Below the pieces are notes generated by a model, which did not search any database, was not told where the DNA came from, and saw only the letters and a program-made list of their open reading frames with translations. From positions 92,921,775 to 92,957,187 of the forward strand of contig NC_068988.1 of NCBI RefSeq assembly GCF_001194135.2: DNA of 35,413 nucleotides, given 5' to 3'. Shown piece after piece: positions 11,821 through 23,580 of the stretch. Position 1 is the stretch's first letter, and every line of letters begins with the position of its first letter. The DNA comes from Octopus bimaculoides. Its lineage: Eukaryota. The translations under genes and the position numbers were made by a program.

Positions 11821-11950
11821 NNNNNNNNNNNNNNNNNNNNNNNNNNNNNNNNNNNNNNNNNNNNNNNNNNNNNNNNNNNNNNNNNNNNNNNNNNNNNNNN
11901 NNNNNNNNNNNNNNNNNNNNNNNNNNNNNNNNNNNNNNNNNNNNNNNNNN

Positions 11951-12115
11951 CCTTTAGTCGAGCAAATCGACCCCAGGACTTATTCTTTGTAAGCCTAGTA
12001 CTTATTCTATCGGTTTCTTTTGCCGAACCGCTAAGTTACGGGGACGCCAACACACCAGCATCGGTTGTCAAGCTATGTTGGGTGGACAAACACAGACACA
12101 CAAACATATACACAC
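11951..12115 (-). mobile_element. SINE family beta 3' half
   Basis: CCTTTAGTCGAGCAAATCGACCCC..GCCGAACCGCTAAGTTACGGGGACG..ACACCAGCATCGGTTGTCAAG, same as 4875-5005. Confidence 0.85.
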
Positions 12116-12172
<57 letters not shown>

Positions 12173-12639
12173 NNNNNNNNNNNNNNNNNNNNNNNNNNNN
12201 NNNNNNNNNNNNNNNNNNNNNNNNNNNNNNNNNNNNNNNNNNNNNNNNNNNNNNNNNNNNNNNNNNNNNNNNNNNNNNNNNNNNNNNNNNNNNNNNNNNN
12301 NNNNNNNNNNNNNNNNNNNNNNNNNNNNNNNNNNNNNNNNNNNNNNTACGCACGTTTCATGCTACTTCAATTTATTTAAGTAATGTGAGCATTACCTTAA
12401 ATGCAATATGAAGAGCAATCTTCAGCTGCACGAAAAAATGTAGAAAAAAAGACATATTACAAATGTGGCAACATATTAAAACCAAGTGGGAGAGAGCAAG
12501 TGGGACTAGCCTGATAGACCCTGCTATGTCAAGATGGACTTATATATTCTTTGTCTCTCATTCACATCTAACTTCGCGTTCAAAATAATAATTTTTCTAT
12601 CGTCTTGGCTTAACAGCCCTTACCGTTTGTTTTCACTGT

Positions 12640-12940
12640 TCTGTCTTGTTTTTACTGTCTTGTTCTTGTTTACACTTTCACCCTCCGCAAAAAATTCCAA
12701 ATTTAATTAATTTGCTTTTGCGGGAAGGACTGTTCCAACGAAGTCGCGTATTGTCCTTGCCTTCGCAACGCGGAGTAGATGGAGCAGGGACAACTGAAGA
12801 AGGGAACTATTCTTTATGTTGCATGTTTCGTTTCTCTGTTTGTTTTTTTCGTTGTTCGAAAAAAAGTTCGTTTTCCGTCTTCGTCTTTATGTCTTCGTTT
12901 CTCATTGTGTTCAACGTTTTTTGTGATGTCCTGTACCTAT
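12640..12940 (+). repeat. Interspersed repeat fragment related to 4218-4450
   Basis: Shared motif order ending in GATGTCCTGTACC followed by (TA)n. Confidence 0.4.
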
Positions 12941-13209
12941 ATATATACATGTATGTATACATATAGATGTAGGTATGTACATATATGTATGGATATATGC
13001 ATACATTTACATATTATTTATGTTATATATATGTATATATATATATATATATATNNNNNNNNNNNNNNNNNNNNNNNNNNNNNNNNNNNNNNNNNNNNNN
13101 NNNNNNNNNNNNNNNNGTAATGTAATGTAATATAAAGCTGAACAAATTAACATCAAATATACAGTGCGTGTGTTTTTATTGGCTAAACTGGCAATATGAC
13201 CATCCCCAA

Positions 13210-13282
<73 letters not shown>

Positions 13283-13947
13283 TATACATAAGCATACATA
13301 TAATTGCAAGGTAAGAAAAAACTGGGAACAAAATCATCGATTATGATTTCTGTCTAAATGAACGAACGCTGTAATGTTTGTACAATATTACTTGTTTATT
13401 GATTGGGGGGAGAAAACCTTCGATTAATTACTTTCGATTGAATTGGCTTTATTGCACGTAGTTAAATGATAGCCCATTAATCAGCCCGGGAACGTATGTC
13501 TTTGTGCGTATATGTCTGTGCGAGTGCATGCGTGTGTGTGTGTGTGTGTGTGTTTTCTCACGCTTTTCGTTTTTTGCCTTTATTTAATAACTCAATTATA
13601 ACGGGATTTACACGATAAAACACCACTTGAGCGTGTAAAATATTTTTTCATACAACAGCTTCTTAGAAGAAAGCTAATATACGCACATACAAGTCAACGA
13701 TCAACGATCCTCAATTATCCAAGCGTTAATTTATGCCTCACATTCACCAAACGGATGTTACAGTTGTCCATCGATCAGCTTATGTCTCTTACTGCTGAAA
13801 GAAGTCTCCAGTTTCTTGTTTGAACCTGTTTCTTGTCTTCAGTTTCTTTCATTCTCACCATTTTATTCATATTCACTTGTGAATTTATCAATTACACTCC
13901 ATGGTATATCTATCGTTATAGTTCGTTAAATGCTCTTTAATGATTAT

Positions 13948-14009
<62 letters not shown>

Positions 14010-14930
14010 GTGAATGTTGCGCAATTTGGTCGACCACATTTTTTCACTTTTGCATCCGTTAATTTAGAAAATAATTTTGCCTTTGTGAGGATCTCTTTTA
14101 GTGATTTCAGTTGTTTGTGGCTTTTAATGATTTTTTTGTATGTGTAAAATTTCCTTTAATTTGGGGTCCTTATGTAGCATTGGTAAATTTTGGGTGATGA
14201 CGGTGAAGGCTTCTTTGTTTATGGGGTTGTATGTGGATATGTACGGTAGCATTTTCGGGGAAGGTGTGCTGCTGTGTTGAACTTAAGGTTTCTATATCAA
14301 TTTTTGTTGCACGTCTGATACTATCCTCTATGAGTTGAACTGGGTAGTGTCTGTCAATTAGAGTGTTTTTGAGTTCTTGCAGTCTAAAGTCTCTGGAATT
14401 TTTTCTGACACTATTGTGCATATCCTTCTTGCAAGGTTGATGGAGATGTTTGTTTTGGTGTGTCTTGGGTGGCATGAATTAAATAGTAGATATTGTTTGG
14501 CGTCTGTGGTTCTGTAAAATATGTCTGGTTCTATTTTTAGGTTTATTTTTTTAATTAGTATATCTATTTGGTTGTACTCTATTGTGAATTGTATGTTTGG
14601 GTTGACGCTGTTCAATTAGTCTTTTCAATTTCAGGAGTCTATTTGTGTTTGCATTCCAGAGTATGAAACAGTCGTCTAGGAATCTTTTCCAATTTTCTTT
14701 TATGTATTGGGAAAGGGGGGTTTCCAAAGGTAGATAAAGATTCCTGGTATATTATTACTTCCAGGTAGCACATTGTTAGGTTCGCAATGACTGGGGCTGC
14801 CTTAGTGCCCATAGCTGTTCCGGATTTTTGTCGGTAAAACGTATTGTCACACATGAAGTGGTTGTTTCATAGGATGAATTCAACCGATTTAGTTATGAAT
14901 TCTTTACTGATCCTTTCTGATATTTAAGGA
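14010..14930 (-). mobile_element. Penelope-like element (PLE) reverse transcriptase fragment, frameshifted
   Basis: FYRQKSGTAMGTKAAPVIANLTMCYLE; MNSVNPNIQFTIE; QYLLFNSCHPRHTK; RHYPVQLI; ends at KKCGRPNC before any GIY-YIG domain. Confidence 0.9.
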
Positions 14931-15234
14931 AGAAACAATCATGGTTTCATTTGATGCAATTAATTTATATACCAGTATACCTCATAATTATGGGCTATAG
15001 GTAATTCAGTTCTGGCTGGACCAATTTCCGGAAGAAATACCTAAAAAGATCAGTGAAGAATTCATAACTAAATCGGTTGAATTCATCCTACGAAACAACC
15101 ACTTCATGTTTGACAATACGTTTTACCGACAAAAATTCGGAATTGCTATGGGCACTAGGGCAACCCCAGTCATTGCGAACCTAACAATGTGCTACCTGGA
15201 AGTAATAATATACCAGGAATCTTTATCTACCTTT
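14931..15234 (+). mobile_element. Second, oppositely oriented PLE RT fragment
   Basis: MVSFDAINLYTSIPHNYGL*..ILRNNHFMFDNTFYRQKFGIAMGTRATPVIANL; 15048-15234 is an inverted copy of 14726-14912 (8 mismatches in ~187 bp by manual count). Confidence 0.9.
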
Positions 15235-16128
15235 TCTTTCACTACCCATATTCTTTCACTACACGCCGGGACATCTCCTAACAAACACACACACATCCAA
15301 GGATAATATGTATTTCCTGAAACTGCCACATCTTAGCGAAAAACAAAAACTACTGCTGCAACCTGTCATGCGATTCGTAATTATAAATTTAAAATGTGTA
15401 TATATTATGCAAAAGACAACGTGAATAAGGGAGAAATCGCTTGGAGCCGGTAAAAGCACAAATATGCAAACTAAGTTATCCACTGCAATCATAGTCTAAT
15501 TTATGAATGCTTTATATATTATAAGAATATTCTGTATTGTTAACGAGTGAAGGAAGCTGAGTACGTCTTCTCTAAATAGCGGTTAAAAAAAACTGTAAAG
15601 TAGTCTATCGATGAGATGACATCATTAATATCCCAATGTACCTTCACACATTTTCCCGTGTGAAGAATTTTTCACCCGGAGGTATTTCAGCAGCAGAAGA
15701 TCTTATCATGTCCGAGTGTACACGAATGCGTTAAATATGGACGTACGTGATTATATCTTATTTCATTTAACACCGTTTCGTGCGACTCTCGTCACATCAT
15801 TTAACTACTATTCTCTGCTCTTCTAAATAAAGACTGTTGTACGTTTATGGTAAGGTAAATTACAAATTTGATATTCGTAACCTGACAACGTGCAATGTGG
15901 CAGAAATGCAGGCATCCTTCGATCCGATGATGTCATTCATAATCTAATGAGTTTTCATATATTTTGTCAGAAAGGAGAATTTTCTCCAGGGTCTATTTCT
16001 GCAGCAAAAGTTCTCCCAACAACGGTACTTATAGAAACATGCTAAATATCGCTGGACACTGTTATGTTATATTTTATTCAAAGCTGCTATGTGCACCTCT
16101 AGTTGGCTACGTTATCGGTACTCTTCCA

Positions 16129-16278
16129 ATTACACCTAATTACCTCGCAAAACGAAGGACATGGGGCTAAATATTGTGCAGGGTACGCTATAACGAAATA
16201 AGAAGGATGGTCACAACAGAAATCATTGGCCAGTTCTATCAGCAATCAGGTTTAATGTTAATTTTGAATATATTCGAA
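16129..16278 (+). pseudogene. Unidentified pseudo-coding segment, copy 1: ITPNYLAKRRTWG*ILCRVRYNEIRRMVTTEIIGQFYQQSGLMLILNIFE
   Basis: Gapless 50-codon alignment to 18696-18845: 29/50 aa identical, 10 synonymous codon differences; one private stop. Confidence 0.6.
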
Positions 16279-16292
16279 TTCACATTATTTAC

Positions 16293-16417
16293 ATTATTCA
16301 CATTATTTACATTTGACGGATATTTGTCCTCATCTTGTCCTCATCAACGTTTCGGCTGATACACCTTCCAAACAAAATGAGGGCAAATATCCGTCAAATG
16401 TAAATAATGTAAATAAT
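16293..16417. repeat. 41-bp inverted repeat (16293-16333 / 16377-16417) with half-hammerhead-like loop; probable PLE terminal-repeat remnant
   Basis: ATTATT(C/T)ACATTATTTACATTTGACGGATATTTG(T/C)CCTCAT arms, 2 mismatches; minus-strand loop reads TCAGCC-GAAAC-GTT. Confidence 0.65.
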
Positions 16418-16449
16418 TTATATAATTCCTCATCTCTTAAATATAGAAC

Positions 16450-16745
16450 TATATTCGAATTAATTTTCTACGTCGCGGTTTCGCGTTCAGTACTATTGGC
16501 AAGTATCTTCGACTACAACCCGGGATGACTAATGCTTTATGAGTGAATTCGCTCGAAGGAAACTGCGAGGAAGCCCGTTGTATGTATGTGTGTGTGTCTT
16601 AATGTTTGTCCCCCTACCACTTGACAACTGGTGGGTGTTTGTTTACGTCCCTGTCACATACCAGTTCGGTAAAAGAGACGAGAGAATAGGTACCAGAGTT
16701 AATACGTATTGGAGTCGATTTTTTCGACTATATACTTGAAAGCAG
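16450..16745 (+). mobile_element. SINE family beta, decayed copy
   Basis: TTGGCAAGTATCTTC..GGAAACTG..GAAGCCCGTTGTAT..GTTTGTCCCC..GTTTACGTCCCTG collinear with 25348-25780. Confidence 0.7.
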
Positions 16746-17084
16746 TGAAACATGTAAAGGATAAACAAATTAAAGACTGCTTAATGAACTATAAGGATTG
16801 ACATAAATCTTCTTCTTGAAGAAACTATGAAAGTAAAACGCAGTGAAACTTAAGTGAAATAACAAGTTCGAACAAGAAATGACCAACTATACATAAACTT
16901 TTCAATTGATCTTGAGGAAATAAAAGAGTTCCATTTACTTATAACTTCCGGTTGCTGAATGCAAAACAGCTAACTAACGCCTGGTTAATAGATAATCATT
17001 GCTAATTGATTTATTACATGTGCTGAGTTGTCAGATGCATTCGGTCTTTTGTTCTGTTTCTTTGTTTGTTTTTGCTTTTGTCCT

Positions 17085-17560
17085 TTTTGACTTGGTACTT
17101 CATCGTGCGGTAGACCTTCCCAGCCGAACTGACGAATTGCATTTTGGGTGAAATTAGAGAAGGCGAGGACGAGCGTTGTTGTGTTGAAGTGGCACGCCGT
17201 GTCACCGATCAGGTCGTTCCATCTGAATTTCCCATCCAGTGAAGGTGGCGGACCGTATTATGAGAGTATTCTATATGTTTGATCAATTCCCTAGTGGATT
17301 GGAACGTATCTTCGGGGATGAACTCATTCAACCGATCCCCATGGAACTGAACAGGGAATTTCCCACCTCACTGGAGCGTGAAAACCATTTCTGTGCAGTT
17401 CTTTCAGTAATAGCAGCTTCTCTATACACAGTACACAATATCCCGTACGTGTTTTGCACTTTTATAACCTTGTTTGAAAGCAAAGAGCTTCATCGTCATA
17501 TTTCTAAATATTCATATTTCAAAATGAAGCCACAAAACCCCGTAAAATACAACAATGAGA
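17085..17560 (-). mobile_element. Internally deleted mariner transposase fragment
   Basis: Minus strand: LFAFKQG..VYREAAITERTAQKWFSR; EDTFQSTREL..YSHNTV.RHLHWMG; FTQNAIRQFGWEGLPH. Confidence 0.75.
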
Positions 17561-18022
17561 ATTGATTTCGTTTTAAATCAAATACCATGGATTGGTAATG
17601 GCTTGAAGTAGTTTTAGCATAAGTAAACAGAATCGGCAAGCTCTGTCTATGTAATCAAATCTTTGAAGTGTGTAAGAAGAATTGATCTGGTATTTATTAA
17701 TCGTAAAATAGTTTTTTACTAACTTCTTAAAGATTTTATCTTCACAATGGTTCTATAATCACCCAATTCACACCCTCCCTGTTATTTCTCTCCTGAGTTT
17801 TCTATGACGTTTCGCAGTTTATTCTTTGTCGTGATTTTTTTGCTGTTTCTTTCAGCGGTTTTTTACTACGTTTTTTTACGTTATTTCCAATAATTATTTT
17901 GCTTACTTTCTTAAGATTTTATTCATATAAATCTTAATGTATCTCTCAATACGAGTGCATGGTTAGACAAGGCGTTTCTTTAACATTGATCTTTCAATAG
18001 TCCCCACCAACACCACCAAATA

Positions 18023-18227
18023 TATTCTTTTCTACTCTAGGCACAAGGCCCGAAAATTGAGTGGGGCAGTCGATTACATCGACTCCAGTATGCAACTGGT
18101 ACTTAGCTTATCGACCCCGAAAGGATGAAAGGCAAAGTAGACCTCGGCGGAATTTGAACTCAGAACTTAAAGACAGACGAAATACCGCTAAGCATTTCGC
18201 CTGGCGTGCTAACGATTCTGCCAGCTA
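18023..18227 (-). mobile_element. SINE family alpha, near full-length
   Basis: Reverse complement of 24955-25154 including core GCCTTTCATCCTTTCGGGGTCGATAA..AGTACCAG and tail GGGCCTTGTGCCTAGAGTAGAAAAG. Confidence 0.9.
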
Positions 18228-18695
18228 NNNNNNNNNNNNNNNNNNNNNNNNNNNNNNNNNNNNNNNNNNNNNNNNNNNNNAATTATGACACAACATAATC
18301 TTATACAAATACACATGTAAATAAGCAATTTGTGCATCATACTTAAAGCAGATGTATTTTATTGAAAGCCGATAAACTGAGGTATTCGCCTCGAGAAGCC
18401 ATTTCTTATAGACGTACAGTGTTAAAACACACATGTATATCAGAAGTAGACGAAATATTTTAAAATCATTTGTGTTTTTAACACTATACGTCTATAAGAG
18501 ATGCTATGCTGTGATGAATACTGGAATTTGGTCGGCTTTCAATGACGTGCTACTTTACGTGTTTGATATGTTGAACTAATACTGTTTCTGTCGCCCACAG
18601 AAATTACAGATTAAAATGAAATCCAACCAGCAATTTTAATTGCCCACTGTTTATAACAAGTTGAGGTAAGCCACTACGAGATGGATATCCCTCTA

Positions 18696-18845
18696 ATTAC
18701 ACCATACAACCTTGAAAAACGCAGGACATGAAGCCAAACATTGTGCAAAGTGCAATATATTCCAATAAACAGGATGGTCACGACTGAAATTACTGGTTTG
18801 TTCTATCAACGACCACTTTTAATGCTAGTCATGAAAATATTCGGA
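18696..18845 (+). pseudogene. Unidentified pseudo-coding segment, copy 2: ITPYNLEKRRT*SQTLCKVQYIPINRMVTTEITGLFYQRPLLMLVMKIFG
   Basis: Paralog of 16129-16278; frame stays open to 18977. Confidence 0.6.
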
Positions 18846-19213
18846 TATCATTTTGTCCACTGCATATTCTTTGCGCTGACCAGTATCATTAGTGAGATTC
18901 AGTACAAGGGCGTTATGCATTACCGTACTGACCATTACATTTCAGATTATGCATCTCCTATAAATTCACAGAATTAAAAACAAATTAATATTAATGGAAA
19001 ATTTTCCCTGGGACACCATCTGTATATTAAACTCATATGGTCAAGTGCAGACTAACATAATGTAATGGGCTAAAAGAGATATAATAGATTGATGTATTGA
19101 AGAGGGCGAATAATACAGGAACACGCCCTGGAATTACCACCATTCCTGACATTAATCAAACTCACGTTTTACTAAATGTTGCCACTTAATTTTTAATAGA
19201 TTTAACATTTATG

Positions 19214-19750
19214 AAATATATTTGCCAATTAAATGTGGTGTCTTGTACAGGACAGTACTACTGTTGTTTTTAGCCCCAGGAAGACATCTCCTCCAGTTGG
19301 CTAACGACACACATTCAGTGTCCGATTGGTATTTGCGAAGAACATCATCTCTAGCCTTACGTAATACACACGGACACAAGTTTCTGGTTGGCTACCCATC
19401 CTCAGCGTGTATTAATCACTGGCTAGTGATGAAAACTCATTCCACTCACAAAATACTATATACTTTTCAAGCGACTCTGTCGCTGATCTCGTAAAAGAGA
19501 GAATTATGTCATATTAAATCTCTGAGCGAGATATAAACAGTAATAGTACGGAATCGTAAAATATATTTGCCAACTAGACGTCGCGTCCTATATAGGACAC
19601 TACCACTGTTGTTTTTAGCCCCAGGAAGACATTTCCTTCAGCTGGCTAACGACGATTAGTATCTGTGAGGAAGATCATCGCTCTCATCTCTATCCTTACA
19701 TTAAATCTCTAGCCTTTTATTAAATCTCTGAGCGACATATAAACAGTAGC
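19214..19750. repeat. Diverged tandem duplication, period ~345 bp (units start 19214 and 19559)
   Basis: AAATATATTTGCCAA..ACTGTTGTTTTTAGCCCCAGGAAGACAT..GGCTAACGAC and ATTAAATCTCTGAGCGA.ATATAAACAGTA each occur twice. Confidence 0.8.
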
Positions 19751-20364
19751 ATTTCTGAGTATTCTCCCTTACCTTTCTTGACTAGTAATTTTGCTAACGC
19801 TGTAACACTATTACACCCGTAATTAAACACAAGTAATTCGTGGATGCTTCATATGACCAATATGACCCTAACTGTATACAAAAATAGCCGTCAGGTTCCT
19901 TTGGAAGCCCTCATTCTCCAGATATTACTACATTAAGAGCTATTGAGGGAGCGTTTAAGCAGTCCCTCAGTCTACCAGAAATAGCTGTCACACACTTCTC
20001 TTGAATGTAGGCCAGGACACTTCTCATAATATAATCTTAGGTAGACAAAAAGGCAGGATAGTATTCATAGATCAAATCATTGAGCGCTGATCTGGAACTA
20101 AACAACATAATTACGATCCGACAAAGAAGCATTACGTAATCACTCAACTCGTAGAAATAGCAGCCAAAGCTACTCATATCTCCGTTTATCGTCATCTTAA
20201 ACGCATTTATATAATGTAGACTTTTACTATTCATTGCCAAGGAAAGAATGAGTGGTGATGGCGGTTATTTCTGTGGGTCTGGCATAAATTCAACGTTAAG
20301 GAAAACATTGAAAAGACAATTAAAAGAAACTTAGCGAAATCTTCATCCTGCGATATTTTTATTC

Positions 20365-20548
20365 TTGTAGGTGTATGCATGTGTGTGAGGTTAAGAAACT
20401 CGCTTTGCAAGCGCGTGGTTTGGGGTTCAGTCCTATTGCGCCGTACCTTGGGTAAGCGTTTTCTACTACAGAACTGGGGTCGACCAATGCATTGTGAGTT
20501 AATTTAGTCGACAGAAACTTTTTGAAGCCCGTCGTATACGTGAGTGTC

Positions 20549-20621
<73 letters not shown>

Positions 20622-20880
20622 TTCTGTGTATGTGTTTATGCTTATGCTTCACCATCGAGTGTCAACCAGCGTTGGTTTGTTTACAGCGCCATAACTTAGC
20701 AGTTTGACCAAACAGACTTCTAGAATACGTACTAGACTTTAAAAAATAAGAAATGGGATCAATTTATTCGACTAAATTTTTCAAGGCGGGGCTCCACCAT
20801 GGCCGCTGTTCAATAACTCGATTAAATTTTTCAAGGCGGGGCTCCACCATGGCCGCCGTTCAATAACAAACAAGTAAACG
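20365..20880 (+). mobile_element. SINE family beta-related diverged copy with a 50-bp tandem duplication in the tail (20768-20817 / 20818-20867)
   Basis: GTGGTTAAGAA..GGTTCAGTCCTATTGCG..ACCTTGGGTAAG..GAAGCCCGTCGTAT; duplicated unit TCGA(C/T)TAAATTTTTCAAGGCGGGGCTCCACCATGGCCGC(T/C)GTTCAATAAC. Confidence 0.8.
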
Positions 20881-21993
20881 ACAGAAAATCGATTTTCTTT
20901 TTCTTTTTTTTTACCAAAAAAATGTTTCAATTTTGTAGATTTACAAGAAATATGTCAACGATGATATATTACTGGTACTTTTGTCGATCGAAGATAAATC
21001 TCAGGTTAAAACTAAATGTGACGCTGACCATATCCGAAAACAGGGGATAAAATATTGAAATTTAATACAATAAAAAAATTTAGCTAATTTAATTTGCTAA
21101 TTTAAATGGGAATTTGCCACATTCATGCCTTTCTCAGATACATTATCCACATAAGCCAGAATACAAACCTAATCACACCTCCCTGTCATTGCATACCCTT
21201 ATATCATTAACCACACCTACTCCGACTGCATTAAGAATATATTATGTATTGTAAAACTAAAGAAATAAATCAATAAATTGAAGGTTGTTTGTATATTATG
21301 ATAAGAACTTAAAATCCTTTGTTCACTAAGTAAGTATATAAATACATGTGGGGCGTTTCTACTGATATAATTGCGAGCATCTGTGTCCAGGAGCTGACTG
21401 GAAGCTAACGATACGTCGAGGTAGAACTGATCATTTTAATAGCTGTGTTTTAAGGAGAAGGAAAAACAGCAGAATACATCAAATTGAAGAACATTTTTGA
21501 GAAAACTGAAATAGCCTGACAACAACTAATAGAACTAGTGGAAAAACAAACTCAAATTGCTGGCTTTCTGCTACAGAAGTGGCAAAAAATGGCGTTGTAA
21601 TATATTTGCCATAAGAACAGATTTTTGAAAACCTGTGTATAAGAACTCATTTGGCTTCACAAAATATGTTCTAAATTTAGCCTTAAGTTGTGAAAACAAA
21701 GAGAAAAAAAACGACCAACTATAAGTCCACTTACTAAAACTGCATTAAAAACGAAATTATACGACAGAAAATATTGTTTCCATCGATACAATTCAGATTG
21801 ATCGAACTTCAATTATAACTGAAGTTTACTTGTCAAGCAACTTTATAACAATAAAGAATCTTAAAGGTAAGTGAATTAATGACAATAAGAATCGGGCGAG
21901 AAATAATAATTATATTTGTTTCTGTAATTCAGTGTTTGGAAATATTGTAACCGATTTGTGCTTTTATTGCATTAGATTTACCATTATCATTTT

Positions 21994-22027
<34 letters not shown>

Positions 22028-22429
22028 TGGAGAATTGGTAGAACGGTCGATAAAAAATATTAAGAATATTCTGTTGCGTACCTTGACGTTCTAATTTCGA
22101 TTTCGATTCCGGTTTTGGTGGAGTCTGTTTTTCACTCATTTTAGCATCATAAAATAATTTGCAGTTAAGTTTCGTTTCATGTTGTATTTTCAACACTTAT
22201 TTCTTGCTGGCTTCAGGCATCGCACTGTAGCCATACAGGGACTCTGCCATTATGGATTTAGTCAATCATATCAATTACACGTATGTAAGACCGTTATGCA
22301 TTTACATCGTCGTCTGTGCATGAAACCGCTAATTTACAGAGTATAACCATAAATATAGACAGACATACGTACACGTGCATAGTTATGTGTGGGAGGTGTA
22401 TTTATGCTTCATGCGGCGGTTCTTCAGTT

Positions 22430-23027
22430 TTTCTAAACCCTGTACAAGAACTCGGAAGATTGGGCTGACTTTTCCGATGGCACGCAGATATCGATAAATG
22501 GTTGAATGACCAAATCAAAGCTTCTCTGCTAGTTCATCAATGGGATTTTGTTCCACCAGGGTTTGCAGGACGCCCTCGTCGAGCTCTACAGATCTTCCAG
22601 GACGAGGCACTTCTAGGCTGTAGTTTCCGGTTCGAAATTTCTGGAACCACCATTGACACTGGCTCACGCTTATTGTCCGATCCCCACATACTGCATTGCT
22701 CTTCCTCACACTTTCCATTGCACTGTTGCTTTCATTGAACGCATAAAACAAAATAAGCCGAATATGCTCCTTTGCCAGTTCCATTATAGCTTTGAAAAAA
22801 TAACTGTTAAAATCGAACTGCACTCTTCAAAATTTGCACTAAGAATAAGTACAAGGTAAAATTACTACCTGCGTTTATAGCAAGTTGATGCAGGTAGTTT
22901 ATGCTGTCCCCCTCCATCGTATGTTATTATTCATTTGATTATAATGCACCAAAAGAATGAATTTACGCCTTGTTGCATACCTTATAGTATACCAACAACG
23001 TAAAGTGTAATTTGGACCAGCCCCTTA
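22430..23027 (-). mobile_element. 5' part of a mariner element (TIR + N-terminal HTH of transposase)
   Basis: MELAKEHIRLILFYAFN..VCGDRTISVSQCQWWFQKFRTGNYSLEVPRPGRSVELDE..L.FGHSTIYRYLRAIGKVS; terminal TA+AGGGGCTGGTCCAAATTACAC. Confidence 0.85.
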
Positions 23028-23507
23028 GGCGCTAAATACTCATAGGGTTGGTTTTCTCTGTGTATACAACCGAAATATCTTATCTGATATTTCGACCCTC
23101 ACCAACCATAGGCTGGAACCACAGAGATTATCCATAGGACATTGATGAGATATTGTGTAATCATTATCATGCATCCAAGGTGTAAAATGCGCCTCCTCGG
23201 GTGATTTTTTAAAAAAATGTCCTTCGTTAGATCTTACGTGTGAGAATGCATACCCAAGTTGTGTGATTTTCTGTAGCTTACAGACAAAATGCTAAACCCA
23301 TAGATACAATTATAATCAAAATACAAAAAAGAAAATACAGAAATAACAAATTCAAAGCTCCATCGGTGGAATGTAGATAACAAAAACAATGTGACATTTG
23401 GAACATAAGAGAAGTCTTGCATACTTTTCCACTTACAGATTGTATTTGTAATGTGCAGTTAACTTAGTTGATTTCTTTCTCTGAAAATCCAAGCTTATCT
23501 AGACTGC

Positions 23508-23580
23508 CATGTGGCGTGACAAGTTTGTCCCCCGCCTGCTGATCGCTGAGCAGAAAGAACATCGCGTTGAAATCTGTCTG
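23508..23580 (+). mobile_element. Short mariner transposase fragment
   Basis: KFVPRLLIAEQKEHRVEIC, corresponding to the WVPREL-linker region. Confidence 0.65.

Noticed and set aside
12412-12540. CRKKDILQMW as a candidate terminal exon of paralog A
   Set aside because: The only in-phase acceptor (GAAGAG) lacks a pyrimidine tract; similarity to the B candidate exon is too short.
13640-13870. Other phase-1 acceptors (e.g. CATACAACAG giving TS*) as the last exon of A
   Set aside because: Cannot be distinguished from chance without transcripts; the 3' end of A is left unresolved.
16129-18845. Reading the duplicated segments on the minus strand (ISVVTIL..HVLRF), or calling them a Cys-loop receptor or GIY-YIG fragment
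   Set aside because: The minus frame has two stops shared by both copies and five in copy 1; resemblance to named families was only impressionistic.
21350-21670. Purine-rich, coding-looking stretch
   Set aside because: Stops in the frames examined and no recognisable motif.
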